Positions 50,506-61,504 of a DNA stretch of 64,000 bases are shown here, one piece after another. Location: the sequence record SRR20825006_498. One strand, written 5' to 3'. Position numbers and translations under genes: made by a program. How positions within the stretch are numbered: the first letter of the stretch is position 1; each line of letters begins with the position of its first letter. The notes under the pieces were generated by a model. That model was not told the origin of the DNA, ran no database searches, and was given only the letters and a program-made list of their open reading frames with translations.

Positions 50506-51243
50506 TCAGTCATAAAGACAGGTGATATATGAGCCGGATGCCCGACCGAGACGCTCCACTCTGGCGGCCAGTGCCAGCATTCGCCTGGACGGATTGGCCG
50601 CCTGACGCTCGACAGGATTTGGCAGCGAGACCGCCAGAAGGGCGGCCTGCCGCCGGGAAAGCTTGGAAGCCGACACGCCAAACTGGGTGCGAGCGGCGGC
50701 TTCAATCCCGAATGTATCCGGTCCCCATTGCGCGATATTGAGATAAATCTCCATCATGCGTTTTTTAGGCCAGAAAATGTCCGCCGCAATTGCCAGCGGC
50801 AGCTCCACGACCTTTCGGATATAGGATCGGTCGTTCCACAGAAACAGGTTCTTGACGGTCTGCATCGGAATCGTGCTGGCCCCGCGTGCCTTTTCTCCAG
50901 AAAACACATCCTGAAGAACGGCTTGAAACTCCCGCCAGTCAACTCCGTGATGGTTACAGAACTGACCATCTTCCGACATCATGACCGATTGCACCAGAAC
51001 AGGCGAGATATCCTCAAATGCCACCCATTGCCGGTCATAGCCGGAAAGGGTCGCAAGCCGTGTCAACATCGGGGTGGATACAGGATGCACAAACGAAGGA
51101 CGGTAAACCGGCAACAGAAAATAGGGCAGCAGGATCAGGAGCGCCAGGAGCAGAAAAATTCGCCCCAGCCAGCGATACAGAAAACCTTTCCTGCGTGCAG
51201 GCGGCTTCGATCCGCCGCGATCCGTTCTGTCGTCTTCTTGCAT
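50506..51243 (-). CDS. mtgA: Monofunctional peptidoglycan transglycosylase
   Basis: SEDGQFCNHHGVD, RGASTIPMQTVKNLFL, IYLNIAQWG. Confidence 0.9.
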   Translation of the reverse strand: MQEDDRTDRGGSKPPARRKGFLYRWLGRIFLLLALLILLPYFLLPVYRPSFVHPVSTPMLTRLATLSGYDRQWVAFEDISPVLVQSVMMSEDGQFCNHHGVDWREFQAVLQDVFSGEKARGASTIPMQTVKNLFLWNDRSYIRKVVELPLAIAADIFWPKKRMMEIYLNIAQWGPDTFGIEAAARTQFGVSASKLSRRQAALLAVSLPNPVERQAANPSRRMLALAARVERLGRASGSYITCLYD

Positions 51244-51384
51244 AACGTATGACTGTTTCCCGCCCAAAACTGCATCCCTCATTATCGTGAACGCCGGTTG
51301 ATGGGAAGCGGGTGCGTCGATAGACAGCGGCCCGGCGATTGAATCCAGCTTGAAACCGGCAAGCCGCCATGTCAAAGACCACTG

Positions 51385-52299
51385 ATGATCACCGCTGCGC
51401 AAAAATTCACCCAAAGCCTTGCTGAAAACCGCGATGCCATCGAGGCATGCCTTGATGAATTGCTGAGCTCTGAAGCCCCTCCCGGCGAAACGGAACGGCC
51501 TGCGCATCTGCTCTCAGCTATCCGTCACGGTGTTTTGAACGGTGGCAAACGCTTCCGTCCCTTTCTGGTCATCGAAAGCACAAAGCTCTTCGACGGACCT
51601 GCTGGTGCGGCTTTGCGCGTCGCATCGGCACTTGAATGCATTCACTGCTATTCATTGATCCATGATGACCTGCCTGCCATGGACGATGATGACTTGCGCC
51701 GTGGCCGACCAACAGTGCACAAGGCTTTCGATGAGGCAACCGCCATTCTGGCCGGTGACAGCCTGTTGACACTGGCTTTTGATATCATCGCCGACGACCA
51801 GACAGCCCTGCCTGCCGAGACACGGCTCAGGCTCGTCTCGTTGCTGTCACGCGCTGCCGGAATTGGAGGCATGGCCGGTGGGCAGGCGCTTGACCTTCAA
51901 GCCGAAAAGACACCACCGGACGAAGCCGGAATTATAACCCTTCAGGCGATGAAAACCGGAGCGCTAATCCGTTTTGCAGTAGAAGCAGGTGCCGTCATCT
52001 CCGGCACGGATGAATATGATTTCAGCCGTCTTTCGCGTTTTGGTGCCGTTCTTGGTCTCGCCTTCCAACTGGCTGATGACCTTCTCGACCTGAAAGCCGA
52101 TGAAAAGACCCTGGGCAAGGCAACCGGCAAGGATGCCGGACGCGGCAAAGGAACACTGGTGGCCATGTACGGTACAGAGTGGGCCGAAGAGCGATTGAAT
52201 GCACTCGTCAAAGAAGCGGCTGAGCTGCTTTCACCTTATGGCGAAAAAGCCACCGTTCTTCTGGAAGCAGCACGCTTTGTTGCCACTCGTAAGAACTGA
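51385..52299 (+). CDS. ispA: Farnesyl diphosphate synthase
   Basis: GGKRFRP, LIHDDLPAMDDDDLRRG, FQLADDLLD. Confidence 0.93.
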   Translation: MITAAQKFTQSLAENRDAIEACLDELLSSEAPPGETERPAHLLSAIRHGVLNGGKRFRPFLVIESTKLFDGPAGAALRVASALECIHCYSLIHDDLPAMDDDDLRRGRPTVHKAFDEATAILAGDSLLTLAFDIIADDQTALPAETRLRLVSLLSRAAGIGGMAGGQALDLQAEKTPPDEAGIITLQAMKTGALIRFAVEAGAVISGTDEYDFSRLSRFGAVLGLAFQLADDLLDLKADEKTLGKATGKDAGRGKGTLVAMYGTEWAEERLNALVKEAAELLSPYGEKATVLLEAARFVATRKN

Positions 52300-52367
52300 A
52301 CCCGGGCAAGGCATGTCTTCGCCCGTCGCCATTCCATGAAACGGTCTGTGAACGACGGTGTGGCGGT

Positions 52368-52652
52368 TCAACAACCGATCTGCTTGCGGATATGGTTGAC
52401 TTCGGCGCGTGATCTGCAGACATTTTCACAAGGAATGCCGTCGCTGTCGCCATCGGCACGGCGATAGCCGCCACACCAGGCACGAACAGCTTCCGCACAG
52501 CTCGATGCCTGCTTGCAGGACCAGCCTGCGACCGGTTCATATAAGCTGTCTATGCTGACTGTCGGCACGACAGCTCCGGCAGGTGACGCTGTCTGCGGTA
52601 TCAGCAGCCAAACCGGAATAAACAAAACCATCAGGAGATTATAACGAACCAT
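52368..52652 (-). CDS. Excalibur calcium-binding domain protein
   Basis: Signal-like N-terminus, SCKQASSCAEA...ADGDSDGIPCENVC; start uncertain. Confidence 0.8.
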   Translation of the reverse strand: MVRYNLLMVLFIPVWLLIPQTASPAGAVVPTVSIDSLYEPVAGWSCKQASSCAEAVRAWCGGYRRADGDSDGIPCENVCRSRAEVNHIRKQIGC

Positions 52653-52733
52653 GACACCAAACTGAACAAGCACACTGTTTCGCCGCGGTATTGCGACATG
52701 TAAAAGACACATCCCTTTTTCGCGAAATAGCCG

Positions 52734-53741
52734 TCAATTCCGCCCCGGCAAAACACGGTTTGGCGGACGGTGGCCATCAAAGAAAGTGCGAATATTGATG
52801 ATCACCTTGTCTCCCATATCGATCCGGCTTTCCAGCGTCGCCGACCCCATATGCGGCAGAAGCACTGCCTTGCCCTTCTGCGCCAGTGCAAGAAGCCTCG
52901 GATTAACATCCGGTTCATTTTCAAAAACATCCAGCCCGGCACCCGCAATGCTGTCCTCTTCAAGACAGCGGATCATCGCCTCTTCATCAATCACATCACC
53001 GCGTGAGGTATTGACGATATAGGCCTCGGGCCGGATGAGCGCGAGACGACGCGCCGAGATCAGATGGAAGGTTGCAGGTGTTGACGGGCAATTGACCGAG
53101 ACAATATCGACACGTGCCAGCATCTGATCGAGGCTGTCCCAATAGGTTGCCTCCAGTTCGACTTCGGTTTCAGGGTTGATACGCCCGCGATTGTGGTAAT
53201 GCACTGAAAGCCCGAAGGCCTTTGCCCGCCTTGCGACCGCCGTGCCGATACGGCCCATGCCAACGATACCGATCCGCTTGCCCCAGATCCGCCGTCCCAG
53301 CATCCATGTCGGCGACCAGCCCTGCCAGTCACCGGGCTTCGAACCAGCGAGAAAATGCGCGCCCTCCGCCAGCCTGCGCGGCACAGAAAGAATCAGCGCC
53401 ATTGTCATATCGGCAGTATCTTCGGTCAGCACATTCGGCGTATTGGTGACGGTGATGCCCTTTTTCGCCGCCGCATCGACATCGACATTATCAATACCGT
53501 TGGAAAAACTGGCGATCAGTTTCAGTTGCGGCCCGGCCGCTTGGATCAACCCGGCATCGATCCGGTCTGTCAACGTGGGCACGAGAACATCGGAACGTTG
53601 CATGGCAGCGGCAAGCTCATCCCGGTTTAAAGGCCGGTCATCGCGATTGCAGGTCGTATCGAACAACTCGCTCATCCGCGCTTCCACGGGATAGGGCAAT
53701 TTGCGCGTTACAAATACGGCGGGTTTCTTCCGGTTTGTCAT
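52734..53741 (-). CDS. D-2-hydroxyacid dehydrogenase (glyoxylate reductase-like)
   Basis: VTNTPNVLTEDTAD, GMGRIG, VNTSRG, LDVFENEP, LPHMGSAT. Confidence 0.92.
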   Translation of the reverse strand: MTNRKKPAVFVTRKLPYPVEARMSELFDTTCNRDDRPLNRDELAAAMQRSDVLVPTLTDRIDAGLIQAAGPQLKLIASFSNGIDNVDVDAAAKKGITVTNTPNVLTEDTADMTMALILSVPRRLAEGAHFLAGSKPGDWQGWSPTWMLGRRIWGKRIGIVGMGRIGTAVARRAKAFGLSVHYHNRGRINPETEVELEATYWDSLDQMLARVDIVSVNCPSTPATFHLISARRLALIRPEAYIVNTSRGDVIDEEAMIRCLEEDSIAGAGLDVFENEPDVNPRLLALAQKGKAVLLPHMGSATLESRIDMGDKVIINIRTFFDGHRPPNRVLPGRN

Positions 53742-53756
53742 GGCTCTGCCGGTTGT

Positions 53757-53771
53757 TTAACAGCTCATTAA
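53757..53771. promoter_or_regulatory. CtrA-type box
   Basis: TTAA-CAGCTCA-TTAA, exact TTAA-N7-TTAA. Confidence 0.6.
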
Positions 53772-53921
53772 ATAGGTCTGGCGATAATGCACACCTTGCG
53801 AAGCTTTTTCCACCTGAGTAATGGGATTACCGATGAAAAAGCTTATAGCCGTCCCCTGCTATCAGGCGGTGTGCCGAAAAGCATGGCACAGGGACAGCAC
53901 TCCGCTTTTCGAGGAATGAGT

Positions 53922-54464
53922 ATGCTGCGTCGTATCGTCACAATTATTCTGTGTATCCTGGTGACCACTGCGGTCGTGCCATCCGGTCCTGCCGAAGCCC
54001 AGACCCAGAGCGAGCGCCGGGGCGCATCCGGCCAGCCATTGCCGCGCTTCGCCATCGTCAAACCGGACAGAGCGCGTATGCGTGTTGGCCCAGGGTTCAA
54101 TTATGCGACCAAATGGATATACAAGCGCGCAGGCCTGCCCGTTGAGATTATCGAGGAATACAGCGTCTGGCGACAGGTCCGGGATTCCGAAGGCACAACG
54201 GGCTGGATGCATGTCTCGGTGCTGTCGTCCGTGCGCAATGCGATGGTCGCACCCTGGCTGCGCAACAACGAAGAAGCACGGAACTTCGACCTGAAGAACA
54301 GCCCGAACAATTCGGCACGAACCGTTGCCACGATCGAACCCGGCGTGATCCTGAATATGAAGGAATGCGACGGCACGTGGTGCGAGGTTCAGGTAAAGGG
54401 TGTTTCAGGCTTTATTCAACAAAACGATCTATGGGGCGCCTATCCCGGTGAAGCGTTCAACTGA
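53922..54464 (+). CDS. Secreted tandem SH3-domain protein
   Basis: Signal peptide, SGQPLPRF, MRVGPG, WRQVRDSEGTTGW, CDGTWC; GAGGA RBS. Confidence 0.88.
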   Translation: MLRRIVTIILCILVTTAVVPSGPAEAQTQSERRGASGQPLPRFAIVKPDRARMRVGPGFNYATKWIYKRAGLPVEIIEEYSVWRQVRDSEGTTGWMHVSVLSSVRNAMVAPWLRNNEEARNFDLKNSPNNSARTVATIEPGVILNMKECDGTWCEVQVKGVSGFIQQNDLWGAYPGEAFN

Positions 54465-54483
54465 CATCGGGACTTTTGCACGA

Positions 54484-55245
54484 TTACTCTGGCATATCCG
54501 TCTCTGGTCTATTTGCCAGAATCATATAGTTGACGTCGGTATCGGATGAACGGTTCCAGCTATCCGTCAGCATATTGTAGAACACGCCCTGATGCTCGAC
54601 GATTTCCATACCAGACGCCTTCAGCGGTGATTCAATCTCTTCCGGGCGTACCAGCTTTTCATACTGATGCGTACCGACCGGCAGCCAGCGCAGTACACGT
54701 TCAGCGGCAAAAATCGCCAAAGCACCGGCCTTGACCGTGCGGTTGATGGTGGCAACGAACATCATACCGCCGGGGCGCACCAGTGACGCTGACGTCTGCA
54801 TGAAGAAATCAACATCGGAGACATGCTCGACCACTTCCATATTGAGCACAATATCGAAAGTTTCGCCCGCCTCTGCCAGCGATTCCGCCGTTACTGCGCG
54901 GTAGTCAATGTCAAGGCCCGACTGCTCGGCATGCGTGGATGCAATGCCGATGTTCTTTTCCGCCGGATCAATCCCGGTCACCTTCGCGCCCATGCGCGTC
55001 AGCGGTTCCGACAGCAAACCGCCGCCGCAGCCGACATCAAGCAGACGCAAACCTTCAAGCGGGCGTGCCGATTTCTCATCACGCCCGAAATGCGCACAGA
55101 CTTTCTCGCGGATATAGCTGATGCGGACAGGGTTGAATTTGTGCAGCGGTTTGAATTTGCCGCGCGGATCCCACCACTCGGCCGCCATTTTGGAAAACCA
55201 TTCAACCTGGCTCTCATCAATCGTGGTTTTCGCGGCGTCGCTCAT
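54484..55245 (-). CDS. ubiG: Ubiquinone O-methyltransferase
   Basis: [35 protein letters not shown]. Confidence 0.95.
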   Translation of the reverse strand: MSDAAKTTIDESQVEWFSKMAAEWWDPRGKFKPLHKFNPVRISYIREKVCAHFGRDEKSARPLEGLRLLDVGCGGGLLSEPLTRMGAKVTGIDPAEKNIGIASTHAEQSGLDIDYRAVTAESLAEAGETFDIVLNMEVVEHVSDVDFFMQTSASLVRPGGMMFVATINRTVKAGALAIFAAERVLRWLPVGTHQYEKLVRPEEIESPLKASGMEIVEHQGVFYNMLTDSWNRSSDTDVNYMILANRPETDMPE

Positions 55246-55334
55246 GCTTCTGGCCTCCGGCGTTTTGTTGTTTCCTGCTTATAGAAGCGGCCACGCGCGG
55301 CGGCAAGCGATACCAAACGCCGCATGTTCATGCT

Positions 55335-55712
55335 TCAGGGCGCAACACGCTTTGGCGCCCCCGTGGCCATGTCTGTACTGATATGGGGAAGTTTTTCTGC
55401 TTTCCAAGCACCGAATCCCCCCTCCATATGGGCGATTTTACCAAAACCCGCACCGAGACACATATCAGCAACCCGCCCGGAACGAACACCGGAGCCGCAA
55501 TGAAGAACGATCTTCTTGCCATCCTGCGTGGGAAAATTTTTCGGATCTGTGAAAGCCATTGGCGAGAGCAATGAACCTTCAATATGCTCAAACGCATATT
55601 CGGCAGGCGTACGTACATCGATCAGCACAATGGTCCCCGCCTGCAATGCATCAAACACCTCGCGCGCAGACCAGGTTTCGATCATGCCTTTTTCAAGCTG
55701 CTCGGTCTTCAT
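55335..55712 (-). CDS. Single-domain rhodanese
   Basis: LIDVRTPAEY, HIEG, active-site loop HCGSGVRS, MEGGFGAW; AGGAG RBS. Confidence 0.9.
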   Translation of the reverse strand: MKTEQLEKGMIETWSAREVFDALQAGTIVLIDVRTPAEYAFEHIEGSLLSPMAFTDPKNFPTQDGKKIVLHCGSGVRSGRVADMCLGAGFGKIAHMEGGFGAWKAEKLPHISTDMATGAPKRVAP

Positions 55713-55769
55713 GGATAAACTCCTGCTCTTCAACGTGGTTGATCAGTCACCGCAACATATTAAAAGATT

Positions 55770-55789
55770 TTATTCATATCTATGAATAA
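55770..55789. promoter_or_regulatory. ArsR-family (SqrR/BigR-like) operator
   Basis: Perfect TTATTCATA-TC-TATGAATAA palindrome containing ATTC-N8-GAAT. Confidence 0.6.
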
Positions 55790-55875
55790 TCGTATTTACA
55801 TCTGATACCGCTATTGTGGTTTCCGGCACATCAGGCAACTCAGATTGACGTGTTGCAATTGCAGCGCTATTGAAA

Positions 55876-55938
55876 AAGCCTCGTGGTGATTTGGCCGGCC
55901 GGCTTGCAGCCACATTAAACAAGTCGCTAAAGGGCCGT
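55876..55938 (+). ncRNA. SAM-II (SAM-alpha) riboswitch
   Basis: CGTGGTGATTTG...GCTTGCAGCCAC-ATTAAACAAGTCGCTAAA upstream of metA. Confidence 0.92.
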
Positions 55939-56021
55939 TTGGATTCGTTCCCAATCAGAACCCATCCGGGCTGCCCGAGACAACAAGACCCGCCGGTTTG
56001 AAGCTTGGGATTGGAACGAAC

Positions 56022-56957
56022 ATGCCTATCAAAATTCCAGATACGCTGCCCGCCTTTGAAAAACTGGTTTCCGAAGGTGTTCGCGTAAAGACGGAAACAA
56101 TCGCGGAACGGCAGGATATCCGACCGCTGCAAATCGGCCTTCTCAATCTCATGCCGAACAAGATCAAGACCGAGTTGCAATTTGCGCGCCTGCTTGGCGC
56201 ATCTCCCCTGCAGATTGAACTGACACTTGTGCGGGTTGGCGGCCACAAGGCCAAAAACACGCCGATTGAACACCTTCTGTCCTTCTATCAGACATGGGAC
56301 GCGATCGCAGACCGAAAATTTGACGGGTTCATTATCACCGGCGCTCCGGTGGAAACGCTGGATTTCGAGGAAGTCACCTATTGGGAAGAACTCAAATCCA
56401 TTCTCGACTGGACGACAACCCATTGCCATTCAACAATGAATATCTGCTGGGGAGCGATGGCTGCGGCCTATCATTTTCACGGTGTTCCCAAACAGCTTCT
56501 GAACCAGAAGGCGTTTGGCGTTTACCGCCACCGCAACCTGAAACCGGCCTCGATTTACCTCAACGGCTTTTCGGACGATTTTCAGATTCCGGTTTCACGC
56601 TGGACAGAAGTACGCCGTGAGGATCTGGAAAAAGCGCCCGGCATCGACATTCTGATGCATTCCGACGAGGTCGGCACCTGCCTTGCCCATGAATGTTATG
56701 CCAACAGGCTCTATATGTTCAACCATGTCGAATACGACTCCGCCTCTCTCGGTGATGAATACCATCGCGACATCAATGCCAATGTGCCGGTTTCGATTCC
56801 CTTCAACTATTTCCCCGATGACGATCCGAGCCGTGCGCCGCTCAATCGCTGGCGCTCGCATGCACATTTGCTTTTCGGCAACTGGATAAATGAGATTTAT
56901 CAAACAACATCCTACTATTTGGAAGAAATCGGCTTGGACCGTCACAGGAACGCTTGA
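56022..56957 (+). CDS. metA: Homoserine O-acyltransferase
   Basis: MPIKIP, QDIRPL, LNLMP, ITGAPVE, ICWGAMA, NHVEYD. Confidence 0.95.
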   Translation: MPIKIPDTLPAFEKLVSEGVRVKTETIAERQDIRPLQIGLLNLMPNKIKTELQFARLLGASPLQIELTLVRVGGHKAKNTPIEHLLSFYQTWDAIADRKFDGFIITGAPVETLDFEEVTYWEELKSILDWTTTHCHSTMNICWGAMAAAYHFHGVPKQLLNQKAFGVYRHRNLKPASIYLNGFSDDFQIPVSRWTEVRREDLEKAPGIDILMHSDEVGTCLAHECYANRLYMFNHVEYDSASLGDEYHRDINANVPVSIPFNYFPDDDPSRAPLNRWRSHAHLLFGNWINEIYQTTSYYLEEIGLDRHRNA

Positions 56958-57079
56958 GAGCAGGCCGTTTCCGTTACACTATCCGAACCGAATAATCCCG
57001 GGAGCGCAGCGCGCTGATCCAGCAGCGCGATAGCCGCTTCAATTTTCAGCAACGTTCTCAATAAGCGGAGGAAGCATAG

Positions 57080-58102
57080 ATGAGTGCGCCGGAACCGGAA
57101 ATCTTTGGCGAAACCAAAACGGGTGAAACCGTTACCCGCGTGAAAATTTCAGGCGGAGGACTGACTGCCCATATCCTGAACTTCGGCGCGGTCATTCAGG
57201 ATCTCAGACTTGAAGGTCATGATCATGCGCTGGTTCTGGGTTACAAAACCTTCAAAGACTACAAGACCTACTCGCCCTATTTCGGCGCAACGCCAGGTCG
57301 CTCATCAAACCGTATTGCCAACGGCCGGTTTGAGCTTGACGGCAAGCGCTACCAGCTCGAATGCAATGAAAACGGCATCACCAATCTGCATGGGGGCAGT
57401 GACGGCCTCGGCGTCAGCCTCTGGGAATTCGAAGATATCGCCGAAGATCGCGTCACACTGAAGATCCTCGACCCGGATGGCCGCGCCGGTTTTCCCGGCA
57501 ACTGCACGGTACGTGCTCATTTTCATCTGAAGGAAGGCGGCGTCCTTTCAGTTGTCTACGAAAGCGAAGCCGATCAACCCACGATTGCCAACATCTGTAA
57601 TCACAGTTATTTCAATCTTGGCAATGGTACGGATACGCTGGGACACAAGCTGATGCTGGCAGCTCACCACTATCTGCCGACCGATACTCAGCAGATCCCT
57701 ACCGGGGAACTGAGACCGGTTGATGGCACCGCCTTTGACTTCCGTGAGCCGCAGCCCATGAAGCGCCTGGACGAAAACGGCAAACAGGTTCTGTTTGACC
57801 ACAATTTCTGTTTTTCTCCGGAAAGGACCGAAAAGCGCAAGGTTGGAAGCGTGTTTGCCCCGTCATCAGGTGTGAGAATGGATATTCTGACAACCGAGCC
57901 AGGCGTTCAGTTCTACGCTGCATTCAAGCTCGACCAGACGCCCGCTGGTCTGAACGGCTATCCTTACGGCCCATTCGCCGGGTTCTGCCTCGAAACACAG
58001 GTCTGGCCGGATGCCATCAACCAAAATGGTTTTCCTTCCGCCATCCTGCGTCCGGGCGAAACACTGCGACAGGAAACCGATTACGTCTTCAAAAAGGACT
58101 GA
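57080..58102 (+). CDS. galM: Aldose 1-epimerase
   Basis: NRIANG, LHGG, NHSYFNL, FDHNF, FCLETQ. Confidence 0.9.
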   Translation: MSAPEPEIFGETKTGETVTRVKISGGGLTAHILNFGAVIQDLRLEGHDHALVLGYKTFKDYKTYSPYFGATPGRSSNRIANGRFELDGKRYQLECNENGITNLHGGSDGLGVSLWEFEDIAEDRVTLKILDPDGRAGFPGNCTVRAHFHLKEGGVLSVVYESEADQPTIANICNHSYFNLGNGTDTLGHKLMLAAHHYLPTDTQQIPTGELRPVDGTAFDFREPQPMKRLDENGKQVLFDHNFCFSPERTEKRKVGSVFAPSSGVRMDILTTEPGVQFYAAFKLDQTPAGLNGYPYGPFAGFCLETQVWPDAINQNGFPSAILRPGETLRQETDYVFKKD

Positions 58103-58144
58103 CCGGCCAGGCGCCACAGTCAGTGGCAAGACCGGAGGACATTA

Positions 58145-58954
58145 TTGTTTATCCTTTCCAAACTATTCTGGATGGTCTTTCAGCCACTGGTCTTTGCCTG
58201 GCTTTGCGTTCTGCTGTCGATGCTCTTGCTGATCGGCGGCAGAACGAATTTCAGCCTGTTTTTCACAGGTCTGGCGCTGATTGTTCTGTTCGTAACGTTT
58301 TTCACGACCACCGGCGCGATGCTGATGGCCAGCCTTGAAAATCGTTTCACACGCATTTTGCCGGAAACGCCGCCCGTCTGCGCGATCGTTCTGGGCGGCG
58401 GCATCAATACCGGCCATTCGGCTCGGCGCGGCACGTATGTCTTCACCCGCGCAGCCGACCGCTATATCGAAGCGCTGCGACTGGCGAAACTCTATCCGAA
58501 CATGCGCATACTGATCACTGGCGGCGATAATGCTCTTGGTGGCAATCGTCATGGAGAGGCTGAACCGGCAGCCCTCTTCTTTACCGATCAGGGGCTTGAG
58601 CGAACGCGGCTTATTCTGGACCCCAAAGCACGCAACACGGCTGAAAATGCGCAGAATAGCGCTGGCCTTTTAGAGCAGCACGGGATTGACGGACCTTGCC
58701 TGCTGATCACATCCGCCTACCATCTGCCGCGTTCTGTCGCGCTGTTTGAGCGGCACACGCGCGCCGTGATCCCGTGGCCGGCGGATTATCGTACGGGTGG
58801 AAGCACCGATTTCAGGCTGCAATTTGATCGCCCGGCCTCAAACGCCACAATGCTATCGACCGCGATTCGGGAGTGGAGCGGGCTTATCGCCTACCGTCTT
58901 ATCGGCAAGACGAAAGTATTTCTGCCGAAGGGAAACCGTCTGCCTGAAAACTGA
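58145..58954 (+). CDS. YdcF/DUF218 (ElyC-like) membrane protein
   Basis: IVLGGG, ILITGG, ARNTAENA, LITSAYHLPRS. Confidence 0.88.
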   Translation: MFILSKLFWMVFQPLVFAWLCVLLSMLLLIGGRTNFSLFFTGLALIVLFVTFFTTTGAMLMASLENRFTRILPETPPVCAIVLGGGINTGHSARRGTYVFTRAADRYIEALRLAKLYPNMRILITGGDNALGGNRHGEAEPAALFFTDQGLERTRLILDPKARNTAENAQNSAGLLEQHGIDGPCLLITSAYHLPRSVALFERHTRAVIPWPADYRTGGSTDFRLQFDRPASNATMLSTAIREWSGLIAYRLIGKTKVFLPKGNRLPEN

Positions 58955-58960
58955 AGCGTC

Positions 58961-59377
58961 TCAGTTTCGGCGTGGCCTGAGACGCACGACGACATCTACA
59001 TGGGAGATTTCCATGCCCTGCGGCGGGTTTGGCAAACCACCCAGCGAAATACTGCTTTCGGGCATATCAATCACCTCATTCTCACCTTCGATAAAGAAAT
59101 GGTGATGATCGGATGTATTGGTATCGAAATAGGTTTTTGCGCCTTCAACGGCGAGAACGCGAATCATTCCGGCGCCTGTAAACTGGTGCAGCGTGTTGTA
59201 AACGGTTGCCAGCGACACCGGCACACCGGCTTCCTGTGCCTCGCTGTGCAGCTCCTCAACAGTGACATGACGGTCGCCCTTGGCGAACAGGAGATCGGCC
59301 AGCGCCACGCGCTGACGCGTTGGACGCAGCCCGCTTTCCCGCAATCTCTCTGATGAAAGACGATTTTTTCCGGCCAT
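58961..59377 (-). CDS. irr: Iron response regulator (Fur family)
   Basis: GLRPTRQR, SLATVYNTLHQF, FDTNTSDHHHF; divergent from fabA. Confidence 0.92.
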   Translation of the reverse strand: MAGKNRLSSERLRESGLRPTRQRVALADLLFAKGDRHVTVEELHSEAQEAGVPVSLATVYNTLHQFTGAGMIRVLAVEGAKTYFDTNTSDHHHFFIEGENEVIDMPESSISLGGLPNPPQGMEISHVDVVVRLRPRRN

Positions 59378-59696
59378 GACCGCTTCTGCCTACTCTCGGA
59401 TTACCGAATGACAAAATACAATTAGCACCGCATATAAACAAAATGCGAATCGCTTTCAATAGCGCAGGGCTTGCAGGAATTGAAATTAGGTTGCAAATAC
59501 GCGAGCGAAATATGTTTCACTCTGGCGGAAAACAGAGGCTTCCTGTATGCCGCCATTAGATGAAAGCGACCGAGGTGGAAGCACAGATTTTGGGAAAGAA
59601 ACGCTTGCGTGGTTTGCGACGACGTGATTTCCCCTTATCTTGAACCTCTAAATGATTGAACAAGCCCTCGCCGGACGAAGGGAAGCAGAGTTTTAT

Positions 59697-60212
59697 ATGG
59701 ATAAGAAACAGTCGCAGTTCGACTACGAGGATATTCTCAAATGCGCACGGGGCGAAATGTTCGGCCCGGGAAATGCGCAATTGCCACTGCCACCGATGCT
59801 GATGTTCAACCGCATCACCGAAATTTCGGAGGATGGCGGCGCCAACGGCAAAGGTCACGCTCGTGCCGAATTCGATATCAATCCGGACCTTTGGTTTTTC
59901 GAGTGTCACTTCGCCGGGGATCCCGTCATGCCTGGCTGCCTCGGTCTGGATGCCCTGTGGCAGCTAACCGGGTTTTACCTTGGCTGGCTTGGTGAACCTG
60001 GAAAGGGTCGCGCGATCTCAACCGGTGAAGTAAAATTCTCCGGTATGATTACGCCAAAGAACAAGGTCGTTGAATACGGCGTCGACTTCAAGCGCGTCAT
60101 GCGCGGTCGCCTGGTTCTCGGCATTGCCGACGGCTGGGTGAAGGCAGACGGCGAAGTCATCTACAAAGCCTCCGATTTACGGGTCGGCCTCTTTCAGGAG
60201 CAGAGTGCCTGA
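59697..60212 (+). CDS. fabA: 3-hydroxydecanoyl-ACP dehydratase/isomerase
   Basis: [30 protein letters not shown]. Confidence 0.96.
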   Translation: MDKKQSQFDYEDILKCARGEMFGPGNAQLPLPPMLMFNRITEISEDGGANGKGHARAEFDINPDLWFFECHFAGDPVMPGCLGLDALWQLTGFYLGWLGEPGKGRAISTGEVKFSGMITPKNKVVEYGVDFKRVMRGRLVLGIADGWVKADGEVIYKASDLRVGLFQEQSA

Positions 60213-60273
60213 TCCGGGTCTTGATTGCCTTTTATGGCAGTGAAGACTGCGAGGAGACAGGAAAGGAAGCATT

Positions 60274-61497
60274 ATGAGACGTGTTGTCGTTACTGGACTG
60301 GGAATCGTGTCCTCGATCGGAAACGATGCCGCCGAAGTCACCGCTTCATTGCGCGGGGCAAAATCGGGAATTTCGTTCTCACCGGATTTCGCCGAACATG
60401 GCTTCAAATGCCAGGTCTGGGGCAAGCCGACGCTTGATCCGAGTGACCAGGTTGATCGCCGCGCGATGCGGTTCTTGTCTCAAGGCGGGGCATGGAACCA
60501 TGTGGCCATGAAACAGGCTATCGCCGATTCCGGCCTTGAAGAACACGATATCACCAATGAGCGTACAGGTATCGTAATGGGCTCAGGCGGCCCCTCGACC
60601 CGCACCATCGTTGAAGCTGCTGATACCACCCGCAAGAATAACAGCCCCAAGCGTATCGGCCCGTTTGCGGTTCCCAAAGCAATGTCTTCGACCGCTTCGG
60701 CAACGCTTGCGACCTGGTTCAAGATCCATGGTATCAACTATTCGATATCATCGGCCTGCTCGACTTCAGCACACTGCATCGGCAATGCTGCCGAGCTGAT
60801 CCAGTTCGGCAAGCAGGATGTGATGTTTGCCGGTGGCCACGAAGATATCGACTGGACCATGTCCAACCTGTTTGATGCCATGGGCGCCATGTCGTCGGAC
60901 TTTAACGAAGCATCGCCGACGACGGCTTCGCGCGCTTATGACGAGGCACGTGACGGATTCGTTATCGCCGGCGGTGCAGGGGTTGTCATTCTGGAAGAAC
61001 TTGAGCACGCCAAGGCACGCGGGGCCAAAATCTACGGTGAGATCGTCGGCTATGGCGCAACATCAGACGGCTACGACATGGTTGCACCATCCGGCGAAGG
61101 CGCGGTGCGCTGCATGAAGCTGGCGCTGGCCGAATTTGATGGCGAAGTCGACTACATCAACACCCATGGAACGTCCACGCCGGTTGGAGACAGCCGCGAG
61201 ATCGGTGCCATTCGTGAAGTCTTCGGCGATAAGATCCCACATATTCAGTCAACCAAATCGCTGACCGGCCACTCGCTTGGTGCGGCTGGTGTTCAGGAAT
61301 CGATATACGGCCTTTTGATGATGCAGGAAGGCTTCATCGGAAAGAGCGCTCATATCGAAAAGCTCGATCCCGAATTCGAAGGTGTTCCGATCGTCCGTGA
61401 ACGGATCGACAATGCAAAGATCGACACCGTTCTTTCCAACTCGTTCGGCTTTGGTGGTACGAACGCCACGCTGGTTTTCCGGCGTTACAATGGATAA
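60274..61497 (+). CDS. fabB: Beta-ketoacyl-ACP synthase I
   Basis: [42 protein letters not shown]. Confidence 0.95.
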   Translation: MRRVVVTGLGIVSSIGNDAAEVTASLRGAKSGISFSPDFAEHGFKCQVWGKPTLDPSDQVDRRAMRFLSQGGAWNHVAMKQAIADSGLEEHDITNERTGIVMGSGGPSTRTIVEAADTTRKNNSPKRIGPFAVPKAMSSTASATLATWFKIHGINYSISSACSTSAHCIGNAAELIQFGKQDVMFAGGHEDIDWTMSNLFDAMGAMSSDFNEASPTTASRAYDEARDGFVIAGGAGVVILEELEHAKARGAKIYGEIVGYGATSDGYDMVAPSGEGAVRCMKLALAEFDGEVDYINTHGTSTPVGDSREIGAIREVFGDKIPHIQSTKSLTGHSLGAAGVQESIYGLLMMQEGFIGKSAHIEKLDPEFEGVPIVRERIDNAKIDTVLSNSFGFGGTNATLVFRRYNG

Positions 61498-61504
61498 TCA
61501 GCAT

